In this document: positions 55,961-62,979 of the stretch, in pieces
Numbering within the stretch: the first letter of the stretch is position 1
Layout of the letters: each line of letters opens with the position of its first letter
Source of the DNA: Acidimicrobiales bacterium
GTDB lineage: Bacteria > Actinomycetota > Acidimicrobiia > Acidimicrobiales > QHCF01
Direction: 5' to 3'
Assembly: GCA_039583615.1 (NCBI GenBank)
Contig: JAVKSQ010000005.1
Span: 1,004-65,003, forward strand
Length of the DNA: 64,000 nucleotides
The notes under the pieces: generated by a model
Told to the model about the DNA's origin: nothing
The model's input: only the letters and a program-made list of their open reading frames with translations
Databases searched by the model: none
Position numbers and translations under genes: made by a program

Positions 55961-56377
55961 GTGCGCTCGATGCAAGTCGCCAGGGCTCACGAATGCCTCT
56001 GCCCGAGCGGACGTTGCCGGGAGGGGGCCAAGTTGCTGGGCGTAGTTGGGACTGATGGCTGTGTCAGCTTCCTGACGCCAGCCATTCCAATAAGCGAGGT
56101 CTTTGTTGACAAGGCATTGGCGATCGGGCGCACCGGTGCCCGATTCCGTTTCGCTGAGCCATGCGCGCAGAGTGACTGTGAGCACTGGGCTGGGGAGCGC
56201 TGCCAGTTGATCGATCGTTTCATCGTAGACGGACCGTGCGACGATGTGGACTCCTCGAGAACGAAGCTCCCGGTGTGTGGCATCCGGGTCTCTTGCCGAT
56301 GGTATGGACAGCGGGGCCGGCGTGCCTGCGCGGTGTGTCCCATGGTCATTCGTGAGCCTTTAGCGGCGATTTCATAA
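55961..56377 (+). CDS. Cysteine-rich protein (138 aa, 12 Cys), function unknown
   Basis: Track ORF. Cys strings are ECLCPSGRC, DGC, EPCAQSDCEHW, ERC, GPC, PVCGIRVSC and RACAVCP. It is tightly coupled to the upstream ORF. The overlapping minus ORF is low complexity and contrary to the operon direction. Confidence 0.5.
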   Translation: MRSMQVARAHECLCPSGRCREGAKLLGVVGTDGCVSFLTPAIPISEVFVDKALAIGRTGARFRFAEPCAQSDCEHWAGERCQLIDRFIVDGPCDDVDSSRTKLPVCGIRVSCRWYGQRGRRACAVCPMVIREPLAAIS

Positions 56378-56408
56378 CGAAGATTTCTCAACCAGAAGGA
56401 GGAGTCGC

Positions 56409-56657
56409 ATGGAAGACGAACCGAGAGAGGATGAGGATACCGTCGTCCCGATCAGGGAGCGGCATGTCGTCATGACGCCTACCGGCGTTACCTTTGTTCT
56501 CAATGAGGAAGACCAGCGTCAGGCTCGTCGCTGCCTTGAGCGGACCGGCAACATCACCATCAATTTCGGGGAAGTGACTGTCTCAAGTCTCAGTGAGATC
56601 AGGCGGCTCGAGCGGATCGCTGACGGGCCCGATGGCGGTGTCGGTCCGATCGACTGA
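56409..56657 (+). CDS. Small ORF (82 aa), candidate RiPP precursor; acidic N-terminus, C-terminal ...RIADGPDGGVGPID
   Basis: A strong SD (AAGGAGG at 56396-56402) lies 6 nt before the ATG. The stop is followed after 2 nt by the GTG start of the DUF692 gene. Confidence 0.6.
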   Translation: MEDEPREDEDTVVPIRERHVVMTPTGVTFVLNEEDQRQARRCLERTGNITINFGEVTVSSLSEIRRLERIADGPDGGVGPID

Positions 56658-56659
56658 CA

Positions 56660-57541
56660 GTGCCAACGCCCAGGTTGACGCCGGCCATCGGTCTCGGCTC
56701 GGATGCCGTTGCCGTGGGCATGGCATACAGCAGAGCCGCTGCAGGCCTTGTATGCGACTTGCTCGATGATCTCGACTACGTCGAGTATCCCTATGAGTTG
56801 CTGATGTGCAACGCCGCCGCGGCCGAGATGGCTTGCAACTCGACCGCCGTGCTGCACTGCGCAAGTCTGTCATTGGCGTCGGGTGACCCACCCGACGCGG
56901 CGGTCCTCCACACCGTCGCCGACTGGGCCGATCGGCTCGACTCTCCCTGGGTGGGTGAGCATTTCGCATTTGTGGCCGCCCGGAACCCTGGCCCGTGGGC
57001 AGGGGACGACCCGGGGCGGGAAGACAGAGTCTTCAACATCGGCTTTGCGATCAGCCCGCCGTTGAACGCCGACACGGTCGAGAGCGTTGCAGAGGCGTTG
57101 GCGGCCGTCGTGACGGTTGTGCGACGACCATTCGTTATCGAGAACTCCCCGGTCTATTTCCCAATGCCGGGTTCCGGGATGGGGCAGGGAGAAGCGTTCA
57201 CGGCACTAACTCGCCTCAGCGATGTTGGCGTGCTGATGGACTTGGCCCATCTGCTGATTACCTGCGACACGATGGGATTGGACCCGTTGGCTGAGCTCCG
57301 CCGCTTTCCGCTCGATCGCGTGGTCGAGGTGCATCTCTCTGGGGTTTCGCGGGATTCCGGTGTGCTGTGGGACGATCATGCGTCCGCCCCCGTAGCAGCG
57401 GAGTACGAGCTCTTGAACGTCGTACTCCATGATGCGCCAGTTCGCGCGATCACGCATGAGTACAACTGGGCGCCTAGGTTTCCCGCGGACGTCGCCCGCC
57501 GGGAGATTGACCGCACCCACCAGATACTGGGCTCCAGGTAG
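56660..57541 (+). CDS. DUF692-family protein (MbnB/TglH-like multinuclear non-heme iron oxidative enzyme, MNIO)
   Basis: Family-order strings are present: AIGLGSD, VLHCASLSLAS, WVGEHFAF, PFVIENSPVYF, GVLMDLAHLL, VVEVHLSG, LWDDHAS and ITHEYNW. These provide His/Glu/Asp ligand candidates in the order I recall for MbnB-type TIM-barrel enzymes. Confidence 0.8.
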   Translation: MPTPRLTPAIGLGSDAVAVGMAYSRAAAGLVCDLLDDLDYVEYPYELLMCNAAAAEMACNSTAVLHCASLSLASGDPPDAAVLHTVADWADRLDSPWVGEHFAFVAARNPGPWAGDDPGREDRVFNIGFAISPPLNADTVESVAEALAAVVTVVRRPFVIENSPVYFPMPGSGMGQGEAFTALTRLSDVGVLMDLAHLLITCDTMGLDPLAELRRFPLDRVVEVHLSGVSRDSGVLWDDHASAPVAAEYELLNVVLHDAPVRAITHEYNWAPRFPADVARREIDRTHQILGSR

Positions 57542-57569
57542 TGACCGAGGGCAAGGCGGCCCCGAGGCC

Positions 57570-59513
57570 ATGACGGTCGAGACTCGCGCCGTCAACGCCA
57601 TGATCGCGCGAGGTCTCGTCGAACCCTCATTCCTTGTCGCTCTCGATCAGGATAGAGGCCGGGTACTCGACGACATGGGGATCTCCAGCGGGACGCGCCA
57701 GGATTTCATCGGACTTGATTGCCATCGCCTGGCGCTGATGGCCACGTTCATATGTAAGGTGAAGAACAATGACCTCTGGAGCACCCTGCCCCTAACCCGG
57801 GCGCTGCTACAGGAATACGGCAGCGAGCTAGAGGTGTTCGGGGTCTTCAGCCGACGGAGTCCGCAGCGTGGTGGCTCGCTTCACGAGCGCGTCAGCGCGT
57901 TGGTCGAGTGCCTTCTGTCCTACGCGTCCGCTCGCCGCGGCCAGGTCCCAGGCCTGGAGGATGTCGTCCGCCACGAGTGGCTTGTAGCCCGGTTCTCGAA
58001 CGGGTGGGGACTAGAGGCATCGTCGTTGGACACGGTCGATGACGACCCTCCCGAGGCGCGGCCAGCGAACCTCTGGCGACCAAGGATTCGAGGGACGGTC
58101 TTGGTGCAGAGCTACGAGCACGACCCGCTGCGTGTGCAGCTTGCATGGCAAGCACGGGAGTGGACCAGATCGATGGCTCCGCCGACCGAGCCAACATTTT
58201 TGTGCTACTCGTTGGGCGACACGCCGGGAAGCCGGCTCCGAGTCTTTAGGATGGATCCAGCCGTGGCTCTGATTGTCGGCTGGGTGGATGGTCAGCGGTC
58301 TCCGATCGAAATTGCCAATCTCATGGGTGCAGGCACGGACGCGGCGCTCGTTGTCCGAGTCCTTCTCGCCGCAGCTCAGGAGGGGATCATTCGTTCCCCG
58401 AGCGCTGAGGTCTTGGCCGCGCTTCAACGACATCACGGAGACGTCGGTGGCCTGCCGGCTAAAAGCTCGAAGGAGCACGAACCACTCTTCGGCGGTAGCC
58501 GTCAGCGGGGGCCGGATCAAGTGCTCGATCTTGTGAGCGGCTACGCCGCTGGCCGCCTCCTATACACGCTGCAGCGAATCGGAGCCCTTGGGCGCTTCGG
58601 CACTCCGAGTAGGGCTGCTTCTGTCGCGGTGGAGCTCGGCGTTGATCGAGCGTGGCTCGAGGCCGTGGTGCAGTTTCTCGCGGTGACTGGAGGCGTCTTC
58701 CGCCAGCTCGACGGCGGCCGTTACGTCGTCGAGTTGGACGAACGCGAACGACAGCGGCTGAACTTCGAGTTGACCAAGTTCGTCGGGGCCTACGGAGCGT
58801 GCCTCGATGCGGTTGGGCCGGCTCCTGACGTCGTCGACGCTGACGCATTTGCTGATGCGTTCAGCGCGTCGGTTCACAGCCGTGCTGATCGCCCCTACCA
58901 TGGCTCGTTGATTCCGGGACTGCTCCGCGAGTTTGGCGTGGCATCGGGACTCTTGGATCTTGGCTGTGGGACCGGTGACCTTCTCATCGATCTAGCGGTC
59001 AGCGACGAGGGCTTCCACGGGATCGGAATCGATGAGAACCGCGCGATGTGTGCTCGTGCGGTGGCGGAGGCCGGACGAGCAGCTGTCCTGCGACGAGTGC
59101 GCATATTTAGTGGCGATGCGTTCGATGTCCTGGCAAATCTTCCGCTAGATGCGATGTGCCCGATGACGGCGGCGCACTCGGCGAGCTTCTTCAACGCCCT
59201 GTTTGCGAACGGGCATCGCCGAGCGGTTGACATCCTCACGCTGCTCAGCGACCGGCTCGGCCGCCGCCTTTTGTTCATCGACGACTACTACGGGCAGCTG
59301 GGTGTGGACTTCGATGCTCATGTTGGTCTGACATGGTCGATGATGCAGGACCTCGTCCAAGTCTGTTCCGGGCAGGGCGTGCCACCGAGGGAGCGGGTCG
59401 ATTGGGAGGCGGTGTACCAACGTGCGGGGTGCCGGCTTCTCCGCTCGTATGAGGGCACGCTCGGCGGGTTCCCGCGCTTTATCCACGTGGTCCAACTCGC
59501 AGCCGCCTCGTAG
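57570..59513 (+). CDS. Three-module fusion: MNIO-partner-like N-terminal region, PqqD-like recognition element, winged-helix plus class I SAM O-methyltransferase
   Basis: The start is ATG 57570 (MTVETRAV...). Mid-region: RVFRMDPAVALIVGWVDGQRSPIEIANLMGAGTDAALVVRVLLAAAQEGII (PqqD/RRE-like). Then LVSGYAAGRLLYTLQRIGALGRFGTPSRAASVAVELGVD (OMT dimerisation/wHTH-like). Then LLDLGCGTGDLLIDLA and IGIDENRAM (SAM motifs I and II). Confidence 0.7.
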   Translation: MTVETRAVNAMIARGLVEPSFLVALDQDRGRVLDDMGISSGTRQDFIGLDCHRLALMATFICKVKNNDLWSTLPLTRALLQEYGSELEVFGVFSRRSPQRGGSLHERVSALVECLLSYASARRGQVPGLEDVVRHEWLVARFSNGWGLEASSLDTVDDDPPEARPANLWRPRIRGTVLVQSYEHDPLRVQLAWQAREWTRSMAPPTEPTFLCYSLGDTPGSRLRVFRMDPAVALIVGWVDGQRSPIEIANLMGAGTDAALVVRVLLAAAQEGIIRSPSAEVLAALQRHHGDVGGLPAKSSKEHEPLFGGSRQRGPDQVLDLVSGYAAGRLLYTLQRIGALGRFGTPSRAASVAVELGVDRAWLEAVVQFLAVTGGVFRQLDGGRYVVELDERERQRLNFELTKFVGAYGACLDAVGPAPDVVDADAFADAFSASVHSRADRPYHGSLIPGLLREFGVASGLLDLGCGTGDLLIDLAVSDEGFHGIGIDENRAMCARAVAEAGRAAVLRRVRIFSGDAFDVLANLPLDAMCPMTAAHSASFFNALFANGHRRAVDILTLLSDRLGRRLLFIDDYYGQLGVDFDAHVGLTWSMMQDLVQVCSGQGVPPRERVDWEAVYQRAGCRLLRSYEGTLGGFPRFIHVVQLAAAS

Positions 59514-59516
59514 CCG

Positions 59517-60188
59517 ATGGCCACAGCGACCATTAGGCCCGTGGCAGCGACCTGGGACGGTGTTTTGCCGCCCAGCGAGCTCAGTCAGCTGTTGGAGTAC
59601 GCGGTGTATCGCGAGAGCGAGTTCGTCGACACCCAGGTCCTCGGTGCCGATGATGGCGCGGTCTCGGTCGTGGATCGGAACATGAGACGGAACACGCACT
59701 TACGGGGCACCGCTAATGTGCCATGTGCTGTCATGCGGCGCCTCAAGGAGTATATCCCAGTGTTGGCCCGGTCCATTGGTCAGGATGATGACAGATGTTC
59801 AGACGGTGTGTACGAGGCAGAGATTACCGCCACGGGACATGGTGGCTTCTTCACCGCTCACGTCGACGATGCGAATGCTCGTGTACGGGATCGCTCGATC
59901 AGCTTCGTTCTCTTCTTCAGCGAATGCCCCAGACCATTTCGAGGTGGCCATCTCTGCATCGAACGCGACTGGAGGGACGACGATCAACTGTTTATCTTCG
60001 ATGCTGTGCGGGATGGCCGACTGAGCAGGTCTGAGGTAGCCGAGATCATAGAGCCCAAAGCCAACCGGCTCGTCGTCTTTGCGAGTCATCGGCTCCATGA
60101 GGTTCGGCCGGTGTGGACCAGGTCGAGCCAGTTCCGGTGCTCGAGATTCACGGTGACCGGCTTCCTCCGATCCTCCGATCGGCGTTAG
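59517..60188 (+). CDS. 2-oxoglutarate/Fe(II)-dependent oxygenase (prolyl-4-hydroxylase-like)
   Basis: FFTAHVDD provides the HxD, ISFVLFFS follows, and NRLVVFASHRLHEVRPV provides the distal His and Arg. It lies 3 nt after the preceding stop. Confidence 0.75.
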   Translation: MATATIRPVAATWDGVLPPSELSQLLEYAVYRESEFVDTQVLGADDGAVSVVDRNMRRNTHLRGTANVPCAVMRRLKEYIPVLARSIGQDDDRCSDGVYEAEITATGHGGFFTAHVDDANARVRDRSISFVLFFSECPRPFRGGHLCIERDWRDDDQLFIFDAVRDGRLSRSEVAEIIEPKANRLVVFASHRLHEVRPVWTRSSQFRCSRFTVTGFLRSSDRR

Positions 60189-60220
60189 AAACACCTACTT
60201 TCCTGGCTCTATGCGTCTGA

Positions 60221-61240
60221 GTGGGGAGACCAGGTGCGGATCCCGGAGCGGGGAAGTTCGTCTTGCCAAGTAACGCCGCCGACGTGGAGGGCACCGTCAT
60301 GGCTGGCGGTATCGGGACGCCCGGCTCCGAGACCAGCCGCTTGTGGATGCGAAGGAGAGGATCGGCCTTCCTGGCGCGCTGGCCCAGCGTCTCGTTCTGG
60401 ACCCGGCGGCGAACCTTGTTCCTGGAGCTCTCGAAGGAGGTCCGCCAAAGCGTCCGGGCCGAGGTGGCCAAGGCCAGGGAAGGGCTGAGCGAGGGCCAGG
60501 GTCACCAGGTCGTCGTCGACCCGCTGCTCCGCTACCGGATCACCGTGGAGATCCTGACCGAGTCGGGCCAACTCCGGGTGATGGACGAGCGGCTGGAGGC
60601 GCTCAAGGCCGACGGGACCCGGACGCCAGCCGACGCCCGTTTATCTGGCAGGAGGTGGCCGAGAGCTGGATCCGCCCTTCGTCGGGAGGAAGAGGGCCAT
60701 ACCCTCTACGAGGAGATCGGCCAGGACCGCCCGATCGCCTCCAAGCGGCTCTACCCTCCCCACTACCCCCACATCTCCGCCTTGGGCGAGGAGCTGGCCC
60801 GCTGGCGGACCTACTACCTGGAGCCCTCGGCCATGCGCAGGGAGACGCCGCTGCGGGAGGTGACCGTCCTCCCACCCGACGGCAGCGACTGGAGCCTCTG
60901 TCGGTGGTGGGCTACGAGGAGCCCGAGAACGGTGTTCACCCCGACCGTCTCTCGATGGTGGGCCGGGTCCTGTCGAGCGCGGCCGAGCGCGGCCGAGCGC
61001 GGCACGACGTAGTACCTGGTGAACACCCACTCGCCGCTGCTGTCGGAGTATTTCCTGGGGGCGGGCGCTGCGGCCCGGATCGTCCGCTGCTCCCGCCACG
61101 GCCGGGAGACCCTGTTCGAGACCCTCGACGACCTCAACCTCCTCAGTGCCAGTACCATCGCCGACGGGCTGGCCGACGACTTCTCCCCACCGCTGGCCTC
61201 GACATTCGCCCAGCGAATGGTGCGGGGAGACTTCCGCTGA
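60221..61240 (+). pseudogene. ABC-type (AAA_15/21-like) ATPase remnants spread over three frames
   Basis: Fragments are RYRITVEILTESGQLRVMDERLEAL, ...LARWRTYYLEPSAMRRETPL, VVGYEEPENGVHPDRL (Walker B/D-loop-like, about 60907-60950) and NTHSPLLSEYF (H-loop-like, about 61019-61050). They sit in different frames. No intact Walker A was seen. Confidence 0.5.
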
Positions 61241-61420
61241 TCGCCGTGGGCCTGTTCGCCGAGGGCGACGGGCACCGGGCCCTCGTGGGCCTCATTGCCC
61301 TGGGCCCACTCCACCATCTCCCACACCACCACGTACTACACACTAATCACAGCGTACTACCGAGCTGGTGGCATCGACCACCAGCCGCGACGCACGGACG
61401 CCCGCTCCTGCCAGTCCGGC

Positions 61421-61834
61421 TCAGACTGGTCTCGACAGGGGGCGGGCAAGGCTGAGCTCATGGCCGTCGGGATCGCGAATGTGGAAGTAGCGCTCGCCCC
61501 ACGGCCCATCGGCCGGCTCGGTCTGTGGTGCGAACCCCGCCTCCAGCGCCCGGCGGTGCATGGCGTCGACATCGTGCACCCAGAAGACGACTCGGCCCCA
61601 GGGGGGGCTTCCGACCGGGCGGGGGGCGTGCGCCTGCAGGTTGAGGTAGCTCCCGCCTACCTGGTAGCTGGTGAACGACGCGTCCGGTCCCCCGAAGAGC
61701 AGCTCGAAGCCCATGACCCGGTAGAAAGACACCGCCTCGGCCATGTCCGAGGTGAGCAGCGTCACCGCACTGAGGCGCTCGATAGCCGGTTGCTCGGTCC
61801 TCACCGCCTCGCATCTTCTCAGATGGCGAAGCAT
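61421..61834 (-). CDS. VOC-family (glyoxalase/bleomycin-resistance/dioxygenase fold) protein
   Basis: Strings LSAVTLLTSDMAEAVSFYRVMGFEL and GERYFHIRDPDGHELSL support the call. The start is uncertain (the second ATG of the track ORF was chosen). Confidence 0.75.
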   Translation of the reverse strand: MLRHLRRCEAVRTEQPAIERLSAVTLLTSDMAEAVSFYRVMGFELLFGGPDASFTSYQVGGSYLNLQAHAPRPVGSPPWGRVVFWVHDVDAMHRRALEAGFAPQTEPADGPWGERYFHIRDPDGHELSLARPLSRPV

Positions 61835-61938
61835 CGGGAGGATGGTCCTTGGCCGCGGTACCCTCGCCGCCAATAAAGGCAAGCGTGCCGTGACCGTGGC
61901 AAACTGTTGGCGACACGGCCGCCTACCCAGGAGAATCG

Positions 61939-62517
61939 ATGAATCGCAGGGAGCTCGTCAGCGCTGTCGCCACCCACACTGGTGTCGATTCTCGTGACGT
62001 GGACAAGGTGTTGCGAGGTGCCACCGAAGTCATCGAGGCAGTGGCAGCCAAGGGCGAGCAGGTGACGATCAGCGGCTTCGCCAAGTTCGCTCGGGTGGAT
62101 CGGCCGGCCCGTATGGCTCGCAACCCAGGGACGGGGGAGCCGGTCAAGGTGAGAGCGTCCAAGAAGGCAAGGATCACCCCCCTCAAGGGCTTCAAGGACG
62201 CGGTGATGAGGCCCATGGCCGCCCCCAAGCTGGCCAAGGGAGTGTGGCCGCCCGTGCCAGCCAAGGCTTCGCCAGGTGCAGGCTCAGCTCGCCGGGCCGG
62301 GCCGGCCCGGGCGGTGACATCCAGGGCTCCAGCCAGGTCGTCGCCCGCCAGCAAGGCTGGTGCGAGCAAGGCGGCCGCCACCAAGCCCGCCCCGCCAGGA
62401 CCGCCAGCCAAGCGGGCTGGAGCCGCCAAGGCAGCCCCAGCGGCCAAGAAGCCCGCCAGCGGCCCTCGCTATGTCAGTCGCCTGCCTTCCCGCCAAGGCG
62501 GGCCGTCTCCTTCTTGA
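61939..62517 (+). CDS. hup: HU-family nucleoid protein with long Ala/Lys/Pro-rich C-terminal tail (actinobacterial HupB/Hlp type)
   Basis: MNRRELVSAVATHTGV...VTISGFAKFARVDRPARMARNPGTGEPVKV is followed by a PAKKA-like tail. AGGAGA precedes the ATG. Confidence 0.88.
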   Translation: MNRRELVSAVATHTGVDSRDVDKVLRGATEVIEAVAAKGEQVTISGFAKFARVDRPARMARNPGTGEPVKVRASKKARITPLKGFKDAVMRPMAAPKLAKGVWPPVPAKASPGAGSARRAGPARAVTSRAPARSSPASKAGASKAAATKPAPPGPPAKRAGAAKAAPAAKKPASGPRYVSRLPSRQGGPSPS

Positions 62518-62605
62518 TCCGCTCGGTGACGGCTCACGGCGACAAGACCATCCACCGCCGGATCGACGCGAGGGGCAGCGGGCTCCTGGTGGCTCGGGGA
62601 TCCAT

Positions 62606-62965
62606 TTGACCACGGCACCCTCTGGAAGCGGCCACCACCTCGAGGTCGGCCCGTTGGACGCCCTCGATCTGGTTCACAAGGGGGCGGTGCTGCTCGACGT
62701 GAGGGACCCGCCCGAGTGGGTGGCCGGTCACGCCCCCCAGGCGACGTGGATGCCGATGAACCGGGTGCCGGACGAGCACCAGAGCCTTCCCGGCGACCGG
62801 CCGATCGTGTGTGTCTGCCACCTGGGCGGGCGATCGGCGGTGGTCACCCAAGCGCTGCGACAAGCGGGCTACGACGCTCGCAACTTGGCCGGCGGGATGA
62901 AGGCCTGGGAAGCGGCTGGCTTGGCGGTCGTCGACGAGGAGGGTGGCGCCGGCCGTATCGTGTGA
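62606..62965 (+). CDS. Rhodanese-domain protein (single domain)
   Basis: LLDVRDPPEWVAGHAP... and the active-site loop CVCHLGGRS lie within track ORF 62360..62965. The start is uncertain (in-frame TTG 62606 chosen). Confidence 0.7.
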   Translation: MTTAPSGSGHHLEVGPLDALDLVHKGAVLLDVRDPPEWVAGHAPQATWMPMNRVPDEHQSLPGDRPIVCVCHLGGRSAVVTQALRQAGYDARNLAGGMKAWEAAGLAVVDEEGGAGRIV

Positions 62966-62979
62966 GCGTGGGGTGTCCC

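Larger units (their letters stand above)
55137..61240. mobile_element. Decayed tRNA-Met-associated genomic island (right boundary uncertain) carrying a lower-GC MNIO cassette
   Basis: The island starts at the tRNA 3' end and includes 12-bp direct repeats, a frameshifted and truncated tyrosine-integrase N-terminus, a composition drop, and frameshifted ATPase remnants. No convincing attR direct repeat was found. Confidence 0.5.

Noticed and set aside
55987-56391. 134-aa minus-strand ORF opposite the 12-Cys ORF
   Set aside because: It is a Ser/Thr/Arg/Pro-rich low-complexity product, opposite to the direction of every other cassette gene. The plus-frame ORF is start/stop-coupled to its neighbour and has more G/C-ending codons. 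This is not fully excluded; see the corresponding finding.
61181-61312. Possible attR for the tRNA-Met island (tccccaccg at about 61186 and gggcccact at about 61303 match 9 nt of the tRNA 3' end)
   Set aside because: Nine-nucleotide GC-rich matches are expected by chance in 64 kb of about 70% GC DNA, and the two hits do not extend. The island's right boundary remains undefined.
61295-61420. AT-richer stretch (ccacaccaccacgtactacacactaatcacagcgtactacc) as a small RNA or att site
   Set aside because: No convincing stem-loops, promoter or repeat partner were found by eye. It probably lies in degraded island sequence between the ATPase remnant and the VOC gene.
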